Below, piece by piece: positions 28,234 through 32,000 of a DNA stretch of 32,000 nucleotides. The DNA comes from Formosa sp. Hel1_33_131 (GTDB lineage: Bacteria; Bacteroidota; Bacteroidia; Flavobacteriales; Flavobacteriaceae). The stretch lies in contig NZ_CP017260.1 in the NCBI RefSeq assembly GCF_001735745.1, positions 2,670,001 to 2,702,000 on the forward strand. The letters are read 5' to 3'. Each line of letters begins with the position of its first letter. The first letter of the stretch is position 1. The position numbers were made by a program, and so were the translations under genes. The notes beneath the pieces are model-generated. The model ran no database searches, had not been told where the DNA came from, and saw nothing but the letters and a program-made list of their open reading frames with translations.

Positions 28234-30066
28234 ATGCTTACATCAAAACTTTTTTTCAGACGTTTACTTATGTTATTGGGGATAATATTCATTTTTTCAA
28301 TTACTTCTTGTAATGATAATGATAATAGTTTCACTCCAACACCAGTTATATTAAATTTTTCTCCAGATTCAACCAAACCAAATAAAGTTATTAGTGTTTT
28401 AGGAGGTAATTTTGATGCAGAGACTTCCCTAAATATAGTTAAGTTCACTAGTGCAGAAGATAGCAATGGTAATTTCACTATAGATTTAGAAGCAGAAGTT
28501 ATACAAGCACAAGAAAATGCACTTTCGGTTAGAGTGCCTTTAGGAGCAATTACAGGACCAATTACTGTAACAGTTAATGGCGAATTAGGTACGAGTCCTA
28601 TTGTTGAAATAATACAACTTGCGTTAACTATAACAGAAATAAGCCCAGCATCTGCAAATAGAGGTGATACAGTAACAATTACTGGTCAAGATTTTTCTGA
28701 AATAATTTCAGAAAATGTTGTAACCTTTGGAGCTATTCAAGCTACTGTTACCTCTGCAAGCTCTACTAGTTTAGAAGTTATTGTACCACAAAATGCAGAA
28801 CTAGGTAACACTACTGTAAAAGTCTCAGTAACAAGCATTCAAGAAGAAACTACTTCTGCTTTTGAAGTAACAGACACAACTGCTCTTTCAGTATTGTCAT
28901 ATAGTCCTTCAGGAGGAAGTATTGGAGCAGAGGTCACCATTTTTGGGGCTAATTTTAGTGATGTTATTTCTGAAAATACGGTATCATTTAATGGTATAAA
29001 TGCTACTGTTAGTGCAGCTACCACAACAAGTTTAACCGTTGTTGTTCCAAATGGAGTAACAAGTGGTCCAATAAGTGTTACTGTAAACGGAGTGACAGCT
29101 ACTGGTCCAGATTTTACGGTTACCTTTTCTACTAATGATTCTTCAACCTCGTTAGATTTATTAAAAGTATTTTGGTTAAATGATACTATAGCCTATATTG
29201 TTGGAGACGACGGAACGTTACTTAAAACTACAGATTCTGGGGCTACTTGGACAGCTGATACAGTAATTCCAGGACTGGCAGGAACTGATGATCTTTACAA
29301 TGTATTTTTTATTGATGAAAACACAGGTTGGGCAACTACTAGAAGTGGTGTTATTTACAAAACATCAGATGCTGGTGGTAGTTGGACAGAATGGGAAGAT
29401 GACGACAAAACCAAAAGCGAAGAAATTAGATCTATAATTTTTGTTGACGCAAATACAGGTTGGGCTTCTGGAGACAATGGTATTATATTACACACTACAG
29501 ATGGTGGTTCTAATTGGGATGTGCAAGCTGCAACTTTCAATTCAGGAACAAGCACGTACACGTATGATTATGACACACTAGATTTTGATAATATTTTCTT
29601 CTCAGATGCAAATAATGGTTGGGCTGTTGCAGAAAAAGGAACGATTATAAGCACAACAGATGGAGGATCTACATGGATAGACCATACAAATACCACTCTA
29701 CAAGCTGCAGATATCGATTTAAAGAGAGTAATTTTTACAGATGCTAACAATGGGTGGGTCGTTGGAGAACAATCAACAATACTAAACACAACAGATGGAG
29801 GAAGTACTTGGAATACTATTACTATTACAGGCAATTTACCTAGTGATATAGATATTAATTATTTTGAAATTGTAAATAACAACCTAATTATAGCTGTAAC
29901 AGATGATGCTGGGCTTATTCAGAGTTTTGATGGTGGAACAACTTTTTCTTCTTCTATGGTAGATTCAGGTATAATTTCAGATTCCACTTTAGATTTAGAA
30001 GGAATAGCTGCTTCGCCTAGTGGAAAAATAATTATTGTTGGAGACGACGGTGTATTATTAAAATAA
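28234..30066 (+). CDS. Surface lipoprotein with three IPT/TIG Ig-like domains and a C-terminal Asp-box (BNR, Ycf48/sortilin-like) beta-propeller
   Basis: 610 aa with lipobox FSITSCND. Three ~85-aa repeats each contain a [IL]xxxSPxS...G..[IV]T[IV]xGxxF type start. Six Asp-box-like motifs follow: TTDSGATW, TSDAGGSW, TTDGGSNW, TTDGGSTW, TTDGGSTW and SFDGGTTF. The propeller is flanked by IVGDDGTLLK and IIVGDDGVLLK. Confidence 0.75.
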   Translation: MLTSKLFFRRLLMLLGIIFIFSITSCNDNDNSFTPTPVILNFSPDSTKPNKVISVLGGNFDAETSLNIVKFTSAEDSNGNFTIDLEAEVIQAQENALSVRVPLGAITGPITVTVNGELGTSPIVEIIQLALTITEISPASANRGDTVTITGQDFSEIISENVVTFGAIQATVTSASSTSLEVIVPQNAELGNTTVKVSVTSIQEETTSAFEVTDTTALSVLSYSPSGGSIGAEVTIFGANFSDVISENTVSFNGINATVSAATTTSLTVVVPNGVTSGPISVTVNGVTATGPDFTVTFSTNDSSTSLDLLKVFWLNDTIAYIVGDDGTLLKTTDSGATWTADTVIPGLAGTDDLYNVFFIDENTGWATTRSGVIYKTSDAGGSWTEWEDDDKTKSEEIRSIIFVDANTGWASGDNGIILHTTDGGSNWDVQAATFNSGTSTYTYDYDTLDFDNIFFSDANNGWAVAEKGTIISTTDGGSTWIDHTNTTLQAADIDLKRVIFTDANNGWVVGEQSTILNTTDGGSTWNTITITGNLPSDIDINYFEIVNNNLIIAVTDDAGLIQSFDGGTTFSSSMVDSGIISDSTLDLEGIAASPSGKIIIVGDDGVLLK

Positions 30067-30110
30067 AAACAATTGTTTTTGTCTATTTGAATTATTTAGG
30101 TAGTTAAATA

Positions 30111-30142
30111 AAAAGTGAGTCTTGAAAAAGATTCACTTTTTT
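30111..30142 (+). terminator. Intrinsic terminator of the lipoprotein gene
   Basis: The 13-bp stem AAAAGTGAGTCTT (30111-30123) / AAGATTCACTTTT (30128-30140) has one G-U pair and a GAAA loop. The T-run continues to 30142. Confidence 0.8.
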
Positions 30143-30179
30143 AGTATTTAGCTTGCTGATTTTTAATTCATCGAATTAT

Positions 30180-30222
30180 ACTACTCTCCTATCGTCGTTT
30201 CGTAAAAAGAGTATTCCATTAA
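30180..30222. repeat. Short repeat R2, copy 2
   Basis: ACTACTCTCCTATCGTCGTTTCGTAAAAAGAGTATTCCATTAA; see copy 1 at 21710-21751. Confidence 0.8.
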
Positions 30223-30298
30223 AATAATAATTCCGTGTTTTGGCACAATAATTGTAACTATATCGATTTAAAATAAAATATGTAACTTTGATAAACGA

Positions 30299-30387
30299 AT
30301 GAGCCCCATGAAAAATAACATTCTTACAATAGCCCTTATTACTCTTTTAAGTTTTACAGGAATCGCACAGAACTCAACAGATCTAGT
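30299..30387 (+). pseudogene. 5' remnant of a secreted-protein gene truncated by the IS3 element
   Basis: ATG 30299 (or 30308) encodes [30 protein letters not shown], a typical signal peptide. The reading frame then runs into the IS left end at 30388 and stops at 30401-30403. All frames to the right of the IS (31609 onward) are closed within a few codons. Confidence 0.5.
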
Positions 30388-31288
30388 TGTAAGCTTCCCC
30401 TAAAACCGCACTGTTTAAATTTCTACTATTATCAAATTTATTGTTTTTAATTTTAATGGAGCTAGCTCCATTAAAATTAATTTCTGCGTACTTTTTTGGT
30501 GCTAATTTTCCTAGTGCATCATGGGGTCTTTTGTGGTTGTAATCATCCATCCAAATTTGTGTTTGCTCTCTAACCTGATCTAAATTTTCAAAAATATATT
30601 TATTCAAAACACCTCTTCGATAACTTCCATTGAAGCGTTCTATAAAAGCATTTTGAGTCGGTTTGCCTGGTTGAATATATTTAAACTCTATAGAATGCAT
30701 CAGACTCCAGTTGGCTGTTAAATGCGCTATAAATTCTGGTCCATTGTCCATACGAATACGTTTTGGTTTTCCATTTTTGTTAATTAAATGATTCAGCACC
30801 CAAATGATGCGATTGCTTGTCAGAGAATAGTCGATCTCAATATGTAAGGCTTCTCTGTTATAGTCGTCAATAATGTTAAAAGCTCTAAAGCGTCTTTTAT
30901 TCTCTAAAACATCGGTTACAAAATCCATGCTCCATGTATGATTAAGTACGCTAGGAACTTCTAAAGGCTCTTTAACCCGTGAGGGTAATCGTTTCTTCAC
31001 CTTTCTTCTAAGTGACAAGCCCATGGCTTTATAGACCCTATAAACCCGTTTATGATTCCACGTTTTTCCTTCTGAACGTAATCGGTCAAAGGCTTTCCAA
31101 AAACCTTCCTCTGAGTGGATTACTGCTTTTTCACTTAGTGCTGTCACTATCTCTGAATCATCCTTTGGTAATGGCTTGTAATAATATACACTTTTACTCA
31201 TTTTTAGTACACGGCACGCCCTACTGATACCGTAGTGAGCAAGCTCATTACTTAGGCTTCTTTTAACGCAAGGCTTTAGAGCTTTTTT
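30383..31288 (-). CDS. IS3 transposase OrfB (DDE/rve catalytic part), expressed as OrfAB by -1 frameshift
   Basis: The frame is open from the slippery site to TAG (complement of 30383-30385), with an internal ATG at 31201. DDE context is [17 protein letters not shown] and [10 protein letters not shown]. The ORF reads through the left IR, and its stop lies 2 nt outside the element. Confidence 0.88.
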   Translation of the reverse strand, partial: KKALKPCVKRSLSNELAHYGISRACRVLKMSKSVYYYKPLPKDDSEIVTALSEKAVIHSEEGFWKAFDRLRSEGKTWNHKRVYRVYKAMGLSLRRKVKKRLPSRVKEPLEVPSVLNHTWSMDFVTDVLENKRRFRAFNIIDDYNREALHIEIDYSLTSNRIIWVLNHLINKNGKPKRIRMDNGPEFIAHLTANWSLMHSIEFKYIQPGKPTQNAFIERFNGSYRRGVLNKYIFENLDQVREQTQIWMDDYNHKRPHDALGKLAPKKYAEINFNGASSIKIKNNKFDNSRNLNSAVLGEAYN

Positions 31289-31542
31289 TCTATGATCTCT
31301 TTTGCCATTTGATGATCCAGAGCTAAAGTGGCATACATCTGCTTGAGCTTGCGATTCTCATCCTCTAGCTGCTTGAGGCGTTTTAACTCCTTAGCGTTCA
31401 TTCCTGCATACTTGGAACGCCATTTGTAAAAACTGGCAGAACTAACCCCATACTCTCGAGTGATTTCTACAACGGTTTTACCTGTGTCAAACTCTTTTAA
31501 AATCGTAGCGATTTGCGTTGGACTAAATTTACTTCTTCTCAT
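31276..31542 (-). CDS. IS3 transposase OrfA (HTH DNA-binding part)
   Basis: 88 aa. [40 protein letters not shown] is an IS3/IS911-type HTH, followed by a leucine-zipper-like C-terminus. Confidence 0.9.
   Translation of the reverse strand: MRRSKFSPTQIATILKEFDTGKTVVEITREYGVSSASFYKWRSKYAGMNAKELKRLKQLEDENRKLKQMYATLALDHQMAKEIIEKKL
31282..31288 (-). promoter_or_regulatory. Programmed -1 ribosomal frameshift heptamer A-AAA-AAG
   Basis: The minus strand reads GAA AAA AAG CTC TAA at the end of orfA. In the -1 frame it reads AAA AAA GCT CTA AAG CCT... and continues without stops into orfB (checked by hand). Confidence 0.8.
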
Positions 31543-31810
31543 TTTTTCTGTTTAAAGTTAATATTTTTTTTATACTTTTAAACAGTGCGGTTTTAGGGGG
31601 AGCTTACATATGTAACGTTGAATAACAATATATTTAAGTCTGTAACAAATAGTATATTTGTTTAGTAGATTGTTTTTGGAAGGACTTATTTTGATTGTTT
31701 TAGGTATTGTAATTCAAATGCTGAAAATCATTTTATTTGTGTAAAAAAATTAAACGCATCCAAACTATTTACAACAACATTTTAAAAATCGGATTTTTAA
31801 TAATTAAATC

Positions 31811-32000
31811 ATGAAAAATTTATTAATATTCACATTTTCAATAACTCTTTACAGCTGTGACTTTCAAACAAAACCTGAAGCCATTGAAGGGGAAGTAAAC
31901 ACTTTAGAAATTAAAACTCCCAATCTTGAAGATGACAAAACGGCAATCCTAAAAGTAATGAAAGACCAAGAGATTGCTTGGAGTCAAAATGATTTGGAAG
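31811..32000 (+). CDS. Lipoprotein, NTF2/SnoaL-like (DUF4440-like) N-terminus; 3' end outside the window
   Basis: Absent from the track because it runs off the window. ATG 31811 encodes MKNLLIFTFSITLYSCDFQTKPEAIEGEVNTLEIKTPNLEDDKTAILKVMKDQEIAWSQNDLE (lipobox LYSC). The ...AWSQNDLE pattern is reminiscent of DUF4440/SnoaL proteins. Confidence 0.5.
   Translation, partial: MKNLLIFTFSITLYSCDFQTKPEAIEGEVNTLEIKTPNLEDDKTAILKVMKDQEIAWSQNDLE

Larger units (their letters stand above)
30388..31608 (-). mobile_element. IS3-family insertion sequence (1221 bp), apparently intact
   Basis: The 32-bp terminal inverted repeats are TGTAAGCTTCCCCTAAAACCGCACTGTTTAAA (30388-30419) and the complement of 31577-31608 (1 mismatch). 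The ends are TG...CA. It has orfA/orfB organisation with an A7G slippery site and no flanking direct repeat (left AGT, right TAT). Confidence 0.92.

Noticed and set aside
28179-28478. 99-aa minus-strand ORF
   Set aside because: It is antisense to the promoter region and 5' end of the well-supported lipoprotein gene, and no motif was recognised.
30065-30080. Palindrome AAAAACAATTGTTTTT right after the lipoprotein stop codon as a terminator
   Set aside because: The stem is only 6 bp with a single G-C pair. The much stronger hairpin at 30111-30142 is the credible terminator.
16283-31608. Search for defence systems, toxin-antitoxin pairs, integrases, tRNA attachment sites or CRISPR arrays in the AT-rich region
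   Set aside because: I found no spaced short repeats, tRNA-like sequence, recombinase or nuclease/ATPase-type ORFs. All ORFs of 60 aa or more are accounted for by metabolic, transport or regulatory genes or by the IS3 transposase.

Overview
Low-GC Bacteroidota (Flavobacteriia-like) chromosomal window; all family calls come from motif recognition by eye, with no searches run. The left ~16 kb is ordinary core genome. It holds a window-truncated thioredoxin-fold lipoprotein gene, fabG, a VWA-type membrane protein and an SPFH/prohibitin gene. A complete his operon (hisG-D-C-B-H-A-F-IE) follows, preceded by a His-codon leader ORF plus intrinsic terminator (attenuator). A truA-like gene, DUF2461, an MscS channel and DUF3817 complete this part. 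From ~16.0 to ~31.6 kb the DNA is visibly more AT-rich and looks mosaic. (i) A six-gene minus-strand polyamine operon (arginine decarboxylase, agmatinase, deoxyhypusine-synthase-like, small acidic protein, Nudix, VOC) is bracketed by two directly repeated non-coding modules. Their first 249 bp differ at only 3 positions, and they stay recognisably paralogous for ~0.6 kb. (ii) A plus-strand cluster contains a SusD-less TonB-dependent receptor translationally coupled to a secreted metallophosphoesterase, a single-pass transmembrane LuxR-type regulator, and an IPT/TIG + Asp-box propeller lipoprotein. (iii) A second ~42-bp repeat sits at the right end of each of these two blocks. (iv) An intact IS3-family element (32-bp IRs, A7G frameshift site) truncates a signal-peptide ORF. 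I saw no rRNA, tRNA, CRISPR or recognisable defence system. The most unusual signal is the repeated, strongly self-complementary non-coding module and the resulting [module - cargo - short repeat] x2 layout. I cannot assign it to a known element class from sequence alone.
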